NCBI RefSeq assembly: GCF_006345805.1
Contig: NW_021833112.1
Location: forward strand, 1-60,118
Length of the DNA stretch: 60,118 nt
Direction: 5' to 3'
From: Octopus sinensis
Taxonomy: Eukaryota
Part shown: positions 13,751 to 26,192 of the stretch, in pieces
Numbering within the stretch: position 1 is the first letter of the stretch
Layout of the letters: each line of letters begins with the position of its first letter
Program-made: the position numbers and the translations under genes
Notes under the pieces: model-generated
Database searches by the model: none
Seen by the model: only the letters and a program-made list of their open reading frames with translations
Told to the model about the DNA's origin: nothing

Positions 13751-14433
13751 AGCAAAAGGGTTTAGCACGAATTGCCTTACCACATACCGAATTTAGAAAT
13801 AGCAGTCAAAGAGTTATAGCTATTTCTTCTACTAAAAAGGGAGATCTCAGTAAAAACAGCAATTGGAAGGCAGACACAAACAGGTAAGAGAGAATGAATT
13901 GACGGCAATCTATCATACAATTTTAAGTTGTCTACGAAATAATTCTATCTTACCAAAAACTTCTTTTCTCTTCAGCGTAGAATACTATAATCATAAATGA
14001 TTATATATTGAATTTTGAGATACTAGAAGGCACCAACTCAACTCAGTATCAGAGCGAGCTAGAATCCGCAACTAGTATCACCAAATTCAATGTGTGAATG
14101 GAAAGATTGTGTCACCAGCCCCTTCCCACCCGCGTGTAGCCAAAACAAGATGCTGCGGTCATCTACTGAGATAAAATATGGTTATCCGTAATAATGAAGG
14201 GTGAAATTAATTAATTTGGAATAATTATCAATTACACCAAGTAGTCTTCGGCATGTAAAAGCCTCATTCGAGGAAAATTTAAGTAATACTAAGCAATAAA
14301 GGGTTTAGCAACGAATTGCCTTACCACATACCGAATTTAGAAATAGCAGTCAAAGAGTTATAGCTATTTCTTCTACTAAAAAGGGAGATCTCAGTAAAAA
14401 CAGCAATTGGAAGGCAGACACAAACAGGTAAGA
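13751..14433. repeat. Two ~140-bp direct repeats flanking ~400 bp (LTR- or pseudo-LTR-like)
   Basis: 13751-13890 recurs almost exactly at 14293-14433. Confidence 0.9.
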
Positions 14434-14877
14434 GCCACTCCTACGCCTATTATATATATATACATAATACAAAAATGGGAAATGTTAAAATTATTGTCAA
14501 GAAAGTTCCTCCCCGGGGCACAAGCGCAGCAAGGTTGTTTATGGAAGACTTGCAGTCGCCCATGTATACCAGTCTCCCATCTCCACGCCAATGATGTTAT
14601 CCAAGGGAAAGGCAAAGGCCAATACAACTAGGCAACAACAGCTGAGTGAAGCGGATCAACGTGAAATAAAGTCTCTTGCTCAAGAACACAGCACACAGAC
14701 TATTCCGGGAATAGAATTTACTACTTCGTGATTGCGGGCTCAACGCTCTAACCAAAGAATCTGTTGCCTTCACTATACTACGTATATAATGCATGATACA
14801 CATAAGAAACGTTAAAAGGAATGCATTGATGGACATAGTTTAAAGCAGACGTACTTGGACAACTCAATTAAATAGAT

Positions 14878-15120
14878 TGTTTACATTATTTACATTAAAT
14901 TTCACGGATGTTTCTCTTTATCTTGTTTGTTGTTAACAGAAAGTTTCGACTGATATACCCTCCTGCCTTCATCAGGTGTCTTGGGGGAAATTTTGAACCT
15001 GGGTTCTCATTGCTAAGGTATGTTTCGATGTTATTATCATTATTATATGCCCCTGGGCATATTGGTCAGGGGCACGGGCTACTAACCCCAAGAATCCAAG
15101 CTTGATTTCGGGCAGTAGCA

Positions 15121-15178
<58 letters not shown>

Positions 15179-15188
15179 TAATAACAAT

Positions 15189-15221
<33 letters not shown>

Positions 15222-15458
15222 AATAATAATAATAATAATAATAATATAATAATAATACATATATAACATACAGACAAACACATATAACAAACACATATAA
15301 CATACAGAAAATTGCACTACTAGGCACTGCACACATCCTATGCAGAACACTTTCTATACAATAACCATCAGAGCATCACAACAAATCACAGCACATACCC
15401 AAGGCACACAGAGCTGCGTTCGGTAGTGAAGTGAAAGCACACTATAAAAATAAAACTA

Positions 15459-15505
<47 letters not shown>

Positions 15506-15680
15506 TACCATCGAAAAATACCTTAGGAATGAGAACCCAAGTTCGAAATTTTCCTGTGGCCTCTGATGAAGGTTGGAGGTTATATCAGACGAAACGTTGC
15601 GTTAATAACAAACAAGATGAAGAGAAACGTCAAATGTAAATATTGTACATAATTCCTCATCTCTTGAATAGAGAACTATG
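14878..15680. mobile_element. Inverted-pair element: tRNA-like head, (AAT)n, hammerhead-bearing tail
   Basis: 14878-15045 is the reverse complement of about 15500-15655; both carry CTGATGA...GAAAC; tRNA-like head at 15056-15122; same family as 22655-23222. Confidence 0.8.
15272..15461 (+). mobile_element. R4/Dong-like LINE 3' end inserted in (AAT)n
   Basis: Translates NTYNIQKIALLGTAHILCRTLSIQ*, typical of the R4/Dong C-terminus; followed by a 3' UTR and (AAT)n. Confidence 0.75.
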
Positions 15681-16299
15681 TTATCAAATAAATAGAAAGG
15701 AAATAATTTAAAAAAAAAACGAAAAGGGAAAGGCATGAGTGTGTAGAAAGACGTCTGTTTCCCAGGTATATCGTTCCAGGTTCAGTCCCACTCTACAGCA
15801 TCTTGGACGAATGTCATTTACTATTAGCTTGGATGAATTGAAGCCTTGGCAATAGAATTGGTAAATGGTAAAATTGAAACAAGGGCGTCGTGTTGGTGGG
15901 TGCCCACACGCGCGCATGTATGCGGGTGCGTCGTGTGTTTGTGTATGTGTATGTGGGTGTGTATGTCTGACCCGTACCTCAGCTTGACAACAGGTGTTGG
16001 ATTGTTTTAGGTTTAACATGCAAGTAGCCTAGCCGCTGGACGTAAGAGAACGATAGAATATTATCAGACTGGGGGCGAAAAAGAAAAAAAAAAAACCAGT
16101 AAGGGGACCGCTTTATTGAACTCATACATTTCAGCGGTCTGTCCCAACTTGGGCACAGTTCAATGACTAAAAGAGTTAATGAGAAAAAGAAGAATTATAT
16201 TACAGGAAGTTTATAAAGATCTTTCTTCTCCAATAAAAGCGGAATAATATTACACTATGCAATGAAAATTCTTAAACTCCTAAACTAAAACTTGCGAAA

Positions 16300-16317
16300 T
16301 ATATATATAAATATATT

Positions 16318-16397
<80 letters not shown>

Positions 16398-16425
16398 TAT
16401 ATATATATTATATATATAATATATT

Positions 16426-16462
<37 letters not shown>

Positions 16463-16546
16463 TATATATATTTATTTATATATTATATATATATATTTAT
16501 ATATATTTATTATATATATATATTTATATATATATATATATATATA

Positions 16547-16621
<75 letters not shown>

Positions 16622-16994
16622 GGATGTATGTATCCTTGTTTGTGTATGTGTGTATGTATGCATATATGCATTTATATATATATATACATATATAAATACA
16701 CGCACACACACACATGAATACATATATACATGCATGCATATACGCACACATATCATATTAAACATTCATAAGTTTGAATGAATTTCATGTAAGGAAGAAA
16801 TGGTGTATGAAAGAAGTAATATATCACAGATGGTATTGTAGTTCATCGAAATATATCGGATATTTCGTTGACAGGTAGAATGAGGTGTATTAATTAAGGT
16901 ATAGATTTCTTCACAGTGTATTTATGAAACCTGTTGGATGCTGGCACTGACAATTTGATGAATGTATGTCAGTGGGTGGAAAGGTTGGTATGGA

Positions 16995-17081
<87 letters not shown>

Positions 17082-17088
17082 ATATATA

Positions 17089-17119
<31 letters not shown>

Positions 17120-17373
17120 ACATATATATACATATATATATATATATGTTCATATATATATATATATACATACATGCATACATAATTACATGCATACAGG
17201 TATATATTTATATACGTATACATATATCCATATATATATATGTATAAATATTTATATGTGTATACATGTAAGTGTATATAAGTATATATACAGTCTATTC
17301 AAGTACATATATCTGTGTATATATATGTATACATACATATATACATATATAGTCAATTCAAATACATAATCTG

Positions 17374-17406
<33 letters not shown>

Positions 17407-17418
17407 TATATATATATA

Positions 17419-17451
<33 letters not shown>

Positions 17452-17529
17452 TAGATAGATAGATAATTAGATAGAGAGATATACATACACACACATATAT
17501 ATTTATATATTTATATATACATACATATA

Positions 17530-17566
<37 letters not shown>

Positions 17567-17570
17567 GTAC
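16300..17570. repeat. Compound microsatellite field ((TA)n, (TATC)n, (TG)n, (GA)n), representative of dozens in the window
   Basis: Directly visible. Confidence 0.97.
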
Positions 17571-18090
17571 ACACTCACGTGTATACATATGTACGTACAT
17601 ACACAGTCAATTCATATAAATGAATAATAAAAGCAACAGACAAGAGAACGCATTTAGAATTGGGTGTACTGATACATAAATGTTCACATTTCCCAACCCC
17701 TACCACAATGAAGATATCAATTTATACGATTGTGTGTGTGATCTGTAATCTGTTATACTTTGCATTATACCATACATATATATTTATATACTGAGTCGCC
17801 TTTATATAGGCGCAACACGTAGACAGAAACACGCATGCAGTCATATATAAATGCACGTATTAATGTAAGAGTGTGTGAGTGTACGTATATGTGTGCTGGA
17901 AATACATTAATGTCTATATCGTTAACACGAAGTTTGTTTGATTTAAATATTTTGAAGATTTTTATGTATTTAATATGGAATATTAAAAAAAAATATTTGA
18001 TATAGCAATAATTAAACTTAACACATTTGTTTCTTTAATAAAATATCTGTATGAGATATTGCTCCAATAGGTATGTGCTTGTGTGTATGC

Positions 18091-18150
<60 letters not shown>

Positions 18151-18867
18151 ATAATATATATATATACATATATTCATGCACATTAAATTTTATTACATGT
18201 TTCACAATAAAGTTTCTTTACGGCACAATATATAACAATCTGTTCATTAATAACAGCATAAAAATAATTGCATAGAAAACACACACAGACACGCACACAC
18301 ACACGCACACACAGACAAACACACACGCACAAACGCACGCGCACGGACACACGCTCATATGCATACACATGCGCACACATATCCGGGCACGCTTACTGAG
18401 TGCTCCGAGTTATATCCTTACAATGCGACTAGGAACGTATGAAAATAAAAACCAATATTTTAAAAATGAAATATTACAATACCTTTTTTTTTATTTCGTA
18501 GTCGATGCAGCACAAATTCCCTGACGAACCGATCCAACGCACAATGAAGGTATTGTATTGATTCAAATTTGATAAATGTCCCTGGGAGTGATAAATTCTG
18601 CGACGATTTCGATAGCGTATGCACGTTTTATTCAATGAAAAGAAATGCATGTTGTAATATATTCTTGTGGAATTGCAAAGCTATTCCGAGTAGGCTCTTG
18701 TATCTTTGTTTAATCTCGTAATAAACTCAGCCTCAGATTTTGTGGAATGAATGACTTATTACATAACAAGTAGAATCCAATCGAGGAGAATTTCTCGCAT
18801 TCTCCCTTTCTTTTGTTTTCTGTGGCAAAACCGTTTGCTTATCGGGAAAACGCTCAGCGGTATTTAA

Positions 18868-19099
18868 AGGCGGCGAGCTGGTAGAAACGTTAGCACGCCG
18901 GGCGAAATGCTTAGCGGTATTTCGTCTGTCGTTACGTTGTGAGTTCAAATTCCGTCGAGGTTGACTTCTCCTTTCATCCTTTCGGGGTCGATAAATTAAG
19001 TACCAGTTCCGCACTGGGGTCGATGTAATCGACTTAATACCTATGTCTGTCCTTGTCTGTCCCCTCTATGTTTAGCCCCTTGTGGGTAATAAAGAAATA
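18868..19099 (+). mobile_element. SINE family A inserted into an older family-A-like SINE
   Basis: Old SINE split at GGTATTT (18859-18865 and 19100-19106). Confidence 0.9.
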
Positions 19100-20544
19100 G
19101 GTATTTCATCTGTCTTTTCGATTTGGGTTCAAATTCCCTCGTGACTGACTTTACCTTTTTATCTTATCGGGGTCGATAAAATAAGTACCAGTTGAATACT
19201 GGGGACGAAGTAGTTGGCTTACCCAACCCCCCCGAATTTGCTGGCATTCTGCCAAAATCTCAAGCCAAATATTTGACCGACAAATGTAGTGACCTGTCAG
19301 AATTTTTAGCACACCGGGAACGATGCTTCCCGGCATTTTTCCGGTTTTTACGTTCTGATTTCAAATTTCGTAAAGTTCGAATTTGTCTTTCATTCTTTTA
19401 GGATCGATGAAATAAGTTCCGTTTGAGCACTGGGGTCGATGTAATCAACACACGTCTGCCCAAATCTGGACGCAATATTTGGACTTAATAGTTGACCCTA
19501 CACAAATAGTTGACCCTACACAAATTGGGCGCAAGAATGTTTAAGCAGTGGGTTTCCATTCAGGACCCTTAACTGCAAAGCGAAATTTTGATATTTGGCT
19601 ATATCCTCATTTTGTATGTACATTCTTGTGGTGGCATATTGACAATATATACACCTGTGTTAATTTAGAACCAAAAATATCATTCACCTGTCTGTCACAT
19701 TATATGAAAAAGTGAAAGGAATTGACAACTGAGATACAGGTTGCCACTTTTTCCCTATTTTAAGTGGTGTGGTGGAGCATTATTTTGATTTGTCATGATT
19801 AAAACGAGACGTTTTTGATATAATATGTTGTACATATCATATTTATTTGAATATTTCAGAATATATATAATTGTATGAGAACAAAATCTCTTAGAGGAAT
19901 GCTGCGAACCACAAATAGAAAATAAGCCACAACGAGAAAACTGGCGACTGAAGAAGAAACACATTTATATATATGTGACCTGCTGGAAGTAGCTAAATAT
20001 TTCCAAACTCAGAATATAGAATGACCTTTAAACTTCGGTTATTTAAGTGAAGACGAGGCATGCTTGGACACTTTGAAGCAATATACAGTACATATTACAA
20101 ACATACACATACTGTACATACAACGACTGTGAATACAAACATACAAGCAAAAATAAGTACAAGCAACCAAATATATACATTGCTTGATGAAGACAGACTT
20201 TGTGATAAAAGAAAAAATAACAGACCTGTGAGAATAGATCACAGCTTACAAGAAAAAGATCTACTAACATACTATTAATTTCAGATTAGTACACAGTCAA
20301 GACCAACAATTGATGGACATCAAAAAAGAAATTCAAAAAATCAAATCTCTGCTTGTTCTACACTGAACAACAAAAGTTCTTAGAGTAACAGTGAATTAAC
20401 TGTTACCTTGGAATAAGAGAACAGGATTTGCTTTGATTTATATTTTCTTCTCTTTAGCCTTGTGACTGGATTTGGTATATATACATACATACACACAAGC
20501 ACAGACACACACAGACACACACACAAACATACATATATGCATAT

Positions 20545-20780
20545 ATATGTGTGTGTGTGTGTTTCTGTGTGTGTGTGTATCTGAGTTTGTCACCCCCAAC
20601 ATAGATTGCCAAAAACGATGCTGGTGTGTTTACGTCACCGTAATTTAACGGTTCAGCAAGTGAGACCGATAGAATAAGTACGAGGCTTATAAAGGATAAG
20701 CTCCGGGGTCAATTTGCTCGACTAAAAGTGGTGCTCTAGTATGGCCGGAGTAAAGATGACTGAAACAATAAAAGAGTACA
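20545..20780 (+). mobile_element. SINE family D, 3' part
   Basis: Matches the 3' half of 39932-40340. Confidence 0.8.
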
Positions 20781-20927
20781 AGTATACATATATATATATA
20801 TATTATATATATATATATGTATATATATATATACATATGTATACATATATAGATTTATATATATATTTACATATATATATACATATATATATATATTTAC
20901 ATATATATATACATATATACACATATC

Positions 20928-20959
<32 letters not shown>

Positions 20960-20986
20960 CATACATACATACATATATATATATAT

Positions 20987-21017
<31 letters not shown>

Positions 21018-21239
21018 CATATATGTATATAAGATCCAAGGAGCGAGGTGTAGGAAGAAAGTTAGCTTCAAGTATCGTATATATACATATACGATGGTGA
21101 CGAAGTTAGCTCTCACTTTTGCTAACTTCGTTACGGCATGCTTAGAAGTCCAAATACACGAGCAGGCCAGATAACTACTACAAATCCGTGATTTCCTCTT
21201 GCGACAGCTACCGGGTCGATTGGTTCAGACGGTGGTCAT

Positions 21240-22470
21240 ATAATCTGGATGAACTTTTGGAATTTAAGAACTTAGTATAAAACCAAAGTATCCATTTCAC
21301 AATTTCACAATGGAATATAGTCAAGTACATCTGCACTTTTCGGACATGCTAATCAGGAAATGAGCCAATAACATTGAAGCAGAGATGTACTTTAAGCTAA
21401 CAGGTATAAAACATTATCTGCCATTTTCTTCCTGCCATCCAACTCGTAAAAAATCAATACATTTTAGCTCCAACTTGGAGACACAACTCCAAGAACTTAA
21501 AAACAAATTTCTCCAGGGAGCCAGTCAATTTAATCAATAACGGAGTGGAGGGTGCCAAAGTAGTAGACATCCAATCATTACGAAAAACAAGGAAACCCCT
21601 TGATACCATCAACACTTTATCTTATGTATCAACACACAATCCAAGAACTATGGAAGTATACACCGTCATCTATCGGAATATAACACTTTTGATGAACGAA
21701 CTACGAATGAAAAAAAAACACATAAACACTAAGATAAAATACTATAAGTGAAAGATAATTAAACTCTCTTCAATAGCTAATTAGTAGCGCCAAATTACTT
21801 ACCAAAAATATAATACCAACAGTAAAAATATGCAACTGACCAAAAAGCGGAAACTGTATTAACCACATGGAAAGTTCGATTTATGAATCCAAGGCAGGGT
21901 AAAATATTCACCATAAAAATTCATTTCATCTGTGCATCGAGGGATTTAATTTATGTTGTTAAACAGTGGATATGAAAGGATTATATGCGAGAAACGAGCT
22001 TGACTCTGGGTTATATAATGACGGCATACTGTCAACAGTATACCGTAGAATTGGCAGAACCGTTAGCGCAGTGGGGGAAATGTTTAGTGGTATTTCGTCT
22101 CCCGTTACATCCTGAGTTCAAATTCCGCCGAGGTCAACTTTGCCTTTCATCCTTTCGAGGTCGATAAATTAACTACCAGTTACGCAGCGGAGTCGATATA
22201 ATCGACTTAATCAGTTTGTCTGTCCTTGTTTGTCATCTCTGTGTTTAGCCCCTGGTGGGTAACAAAGAAATAGGTATACAGTCAACTGATTCGAGACTCC
22301 GCAAGTAGGAAAATTCCATTGAATAAACATCTGGATCTGTTGCCCCACATACAACGAACCGAAATACCAAATTTTCTCTATATATCAACACATCAGAGAC
22401 ACTTCAGCGTAATTCCGATTAAATAAGGAATATATTTATACTAAGAATTATAAACCACAGCTAAAGACTG
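21240..22470 (+). mobile_element. Degenerate Penelope-like element (RT C-terminus plus GIY-YIG), interrupted by a SINE
   Basis: From 21310: MEYSQVHLHFSDMLIRK*ANNIEAEMYFKLTGIKHYLPFSSCHP; then LSYVSTHNPR; then FICASRDLIYVV..YMRETSLTL, matching Penelope RT and GIY-YIG patterns; stops and frameshifts present. Confidence 0.8.
22047..22272 (+). mobile_element. SINE family A inside the Penelope-like relic
   Basis: Family A body and tail; flanks GTATACCGT / GGTATACAGT. Confidence 0.88.
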
Positions 22471-22654
22471 CATAACGATACACTACTATGTAAGAGCACT
22501 ACTTCTTGAAACCCAAAACGACTAGAAACGTCGGAAATAATACAAAATGGGAGGTTATAAGCTTACTCTGGGCTTCCAATCTCTAATTCAAATGACTATA
22601 CCATTACGCTTTGCACTTTCTCAACACTATTTTATAACGTCATCCAGGCCTTAA

Positions 22655-22715
22655 ACAATTATATTTCTTCATTATTTACATTATTTACATTTGACGCATA
22701 TTTGTCCGCATCTTG

Positions 22716-22782
<67 letters not shown>

Positions 22783-22790
22783 TATTATTA

Positions 22791-22821
<31 letters not shown>

Positions 22822-22965
22822 TATTCAGGTCACTTCCTGGAATCAACCTCGGAATCTTGGGGTTAGAAGCCTGCGTTCTTAACCGCTAGCCACTATGCCC
22901 ATGGGCATTTAGCGCGTGGCTACTATCCCGAAGATTCCGAGATCGATTCCAGGCAGTGGCCTGAA

Positions 22966-23047
<82 letters not shown>

Positions 23048-23222
23048 AACATCGAAAAATACCTTAGGAATGAGGACCCATTGTGAATTTTCCCAAGACA
23101 CCCGATGAAGGCTTGAAGTTATATCAGCCGAAACGTTGTGTTAACAACAAACAAGATGAAGACAAATATCCGTCGAATGTAAATTATGTTCATTATTCCC
23201 CATCTCTTAAATATAGAACTGG
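22655..23222. mobile_element. Second inverted-pair tRNA-head/hammerhead-tail element
   Basis: Oppositely oriented tRNA-like heads meet at the palindrome ATGCCCATGGGCAT (22895-22908); (TTA)n and (AAT)n spacers; hammerhead-like motif at 23097-23142. Confidence 0.8.
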
Positions 23223-23361
23223 ATTCTGTTTCTTGTTGGTCAAAGCATAACCCCCAGGAAAAAGAAATAATCCTTTGTTGACTGGGAAAGTTGACAACTT
23301 CAGGGAATACTTCAACTGGAACTCTGGCCGATCACCATAGAAAAGTTAGTTAACTGGATAT

Positions 23362-23787
23362 ACTCTCTTTTACTCTTTTGCTTGTTTCAGTCATTTGACT
23401 GCGGCCATGCTGGAGCACCGCCTTTAGTCGAGCAAATCGACACCCCCAGGACTTATTCTTTTTGTAAGCCCAGTACTTATTCTATCGGTCTATTTTGCCG
23501 AACCGCTAAGTAACGGGGACGTAAACACACCAGCATCGGTTGTCAAACGATATTGGGGGGACAAACTCAGACACACAAACACACACACACATACATATGT
23601 ATATATATATATACATATATACGTCAGGCTTCTTTCAGTTTCCGTCTACCAAATCCACACACAAGGCATTGGTCGGCCCGGGGCTATAGCAGAAGACACT
23701 TGCCCATGATGCCACGCAGTGGGACTGAACCCGGAACCATGTGGTTGGTTAGCAAGCTACTTACCACACAGCCACTCCTGCGCCTAT
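23362..23787 (-). mobile_element. SINE family D, full length, with internal microsatellite
   Basis: Reverse complement of 39932-40340; SINE head duplicated at 23771-23810. Confidence 0.9.
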
Positions 23788-23811
23788 ATACGCCACTCCT
23801 GCGCCTATATG

Positions 23812-25060
23812 TAGCAAACTCATGGAGAACAGCGATAATCTGCCCAATTTTCAAGAAAGGGAGCCGCGAAGACCCGCTTAACTACCGACCGGTTTCCCTT
23901 ACATCAATTATCAGCAAGATGTTCGAAACCATCCTTAAGAAAAGTATGATGCTCCACCTCCTAAACACAGCCTCTATCTCTGATTCCCAACACGGCTTCG
24001 TGCCGAAGAGATCATGCTTGACCAACCTACTAGTAATGGAAGAATTGGTGACGCGCATCCTCGATGGTTCGCGGTCCGACGTCTCCAGTGCGAGCAGTGG
24101 CGTGCCTCAAGGTTCAGTGCTTGGGCCCTTGTTGTTCTTAGTCTTCATAAATGACTTGCCCGACGACCTCACGCAACACACCCTTCTATTTGCCGACGAT
24201 ATCAAACTGGTCGCTCCTCGCGGTAATATAGAGGATCTTCGTCGATGCCTCCACCAAATTTGGAAGTGGTCTAACAATTGGGACCTGTGTCTGAACGTGT
24301 CAAAGTGCTGTCATCTGCCTGTCGGCTCTACTCCTGCAACTCAATTTGATTTCGAGCCGGGTCGTCTGCTGCTGGAGAGGACCGATCAGGTAAAGGACCT
24401 TGGTATCTTGGTGGATTCCTCCTTTTCGCCTTCGGCCCAGTGCGTCCATGCTGCCAACAAAGCACGCGGAATTCTGTTCTTGATTCGACGGTCATTCGGA
24501 ATGCTCACAGCAGCCATATTCCTACCACTCTATGTCACGCTGGTGAGACCCATATTGGAGTATGGGATTCAAGCCTCTTCTCCTTATCTCCTCAAAGACA
24601 TACAGCATCTCGAAAGAGTCCAGAAGCTGGCTACCCGCATGGTTCATGGTCTCAAAAATTTGTCCTACGAAGAAGGCTGAGGACGCTCGACCTTTATTCT
24701 CTTGAAAAACGCCGCCGCCGTGGTGATCTCATTCTCGCCCACAACATCATAAGCGGAAAGTGTAACCTCTCGAAAGAGCTGTTCTTCACTCCTGCTCCAG
24801 AACGTCGGCTGCGGGGTCATTCCGAAAAGCTCTACCTGCGACGATTTCATCTCAATCGAAGGAGAGGAGCTTTCTCCGTCCGGGTTGCGGATCCGTGGAA
24901 CAAGCTGCCAGACGAGATGGTGAGATGGCTTTGTTCAAAGCCTCCCTTGACCTCAAGTGGCCTGAACTCTTTACATGAACACCACCCTGTACTTAACTCC
25001 ATGTCCCCCTACATGGCCTTGCTATTTGCTTTTGAGCCAAATTAACTAACTAACTAACTT
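23812..25060 (+). mobile_element. 5'-truncated CR1-type LINE; RT with internal deletion and frameshift; (AACT)n tail
   Basis: WRTAIICPIFKKG, NYRPVSLTS, QHGF, SGVPQGSVLGPLLF, FADD, KDLG motifs; frameshift near 24676; C-terminus LRGH...FSVRV..WNKLP; tail TTAACTAACTAACTAACT. Confidence 0.93.
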
Positions 25061-26153
25061 ATAACTGGATCACTGCTAGTGAAAAAAAATTTGTGTAAAA
25101 CAGTTGATAAGCAAGTGACATTGTTATCACGAAGTCAATCGAACAGAACGCTGGACTAATGCCGAACCTAGTTATGTAGGGATAAATTCCGAAAAACAAG
25201 TGAAGCATCCAAGTAGTTGGCCAACCAAAGTACTGAACCACAAGTAATAAGTTATCGCCAATCAAAATTTGAAACTACATCCTAAATGCTGATATATACA
25301 AAGCAATTTCCGCTGAAAACAATTCAAGCCCTCGACAGTAAAACCAGCGAAGAAGAACTGTTTTCATGCACTACGACAAATATATATTTTTTCTTTTCTC
25401 TTTAAAAACCTCATCGTATCTATTTTTAGAATAATGAATTATATCAAGAATTTGTTTATATTATTCATTACTCTGAAAATTACTGAACTAAGAAAGATGC
25501 GTGATCGTTATGAAATTCGTTAATCATTTGAAATTTTATTTTCTAATTTGGGTGAAATTTTGTGAATATTGAAACTTGTCTGAACGTTTGATGTTTTCAA
25601 GTATGTTTTATTGAAATTCCTCATGTACATTCAGTCCTTCCTAATATCGTTTTTATTTATGATTGGAAAGCAATAGTTGAAACCGGTATGGTATCTTAGC
25701 ATATTTGTAAAAAAATATCTATAACTTCAGTTCCTTTTAAGGGTCAAGTTCATTTTGAATCCGTATATTAACGCTTCTATATTCTTTACTGCATAGCAGA
25801 AAATTCTTCTCAATATCTCTCTCTTTCTATCGGGATTGATATATCATTATGCAGATGCACAAACACAGACACATATACATGCACACACACATACATAAAC
25901 TGAAAGAGAGAGAAGGAAAAAGAAACAAAACAGACAGAGACAGAAAGAGTAAGAGAACGAGAAAGATAATGTATTCCTAGTTGTAATATATATACATAAA
26001 ATACAAGAGTATCCCTTTTGGAATTACTTGGTTATCAGTCTAATATAACGCCATTACGGGCATATTTGAGCAAGACTTATTTAACACACCATATTGCATA
26101 GGCAATACTGTATATAAAGTACTTAGTTTATATACATACACGGTCTATATATC

Positions 26154-26188
<35 letters not shown>

Positions 26189-26192
<4 letters not shown>

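Noticed and set aside
23553-23811. N-terminal extension of the 375-aa RT ORF as a novel fusion protein
   Set aside because: It is antisense SINE family D sequence that happens to be in frame; the RT is deleted and frameshifted
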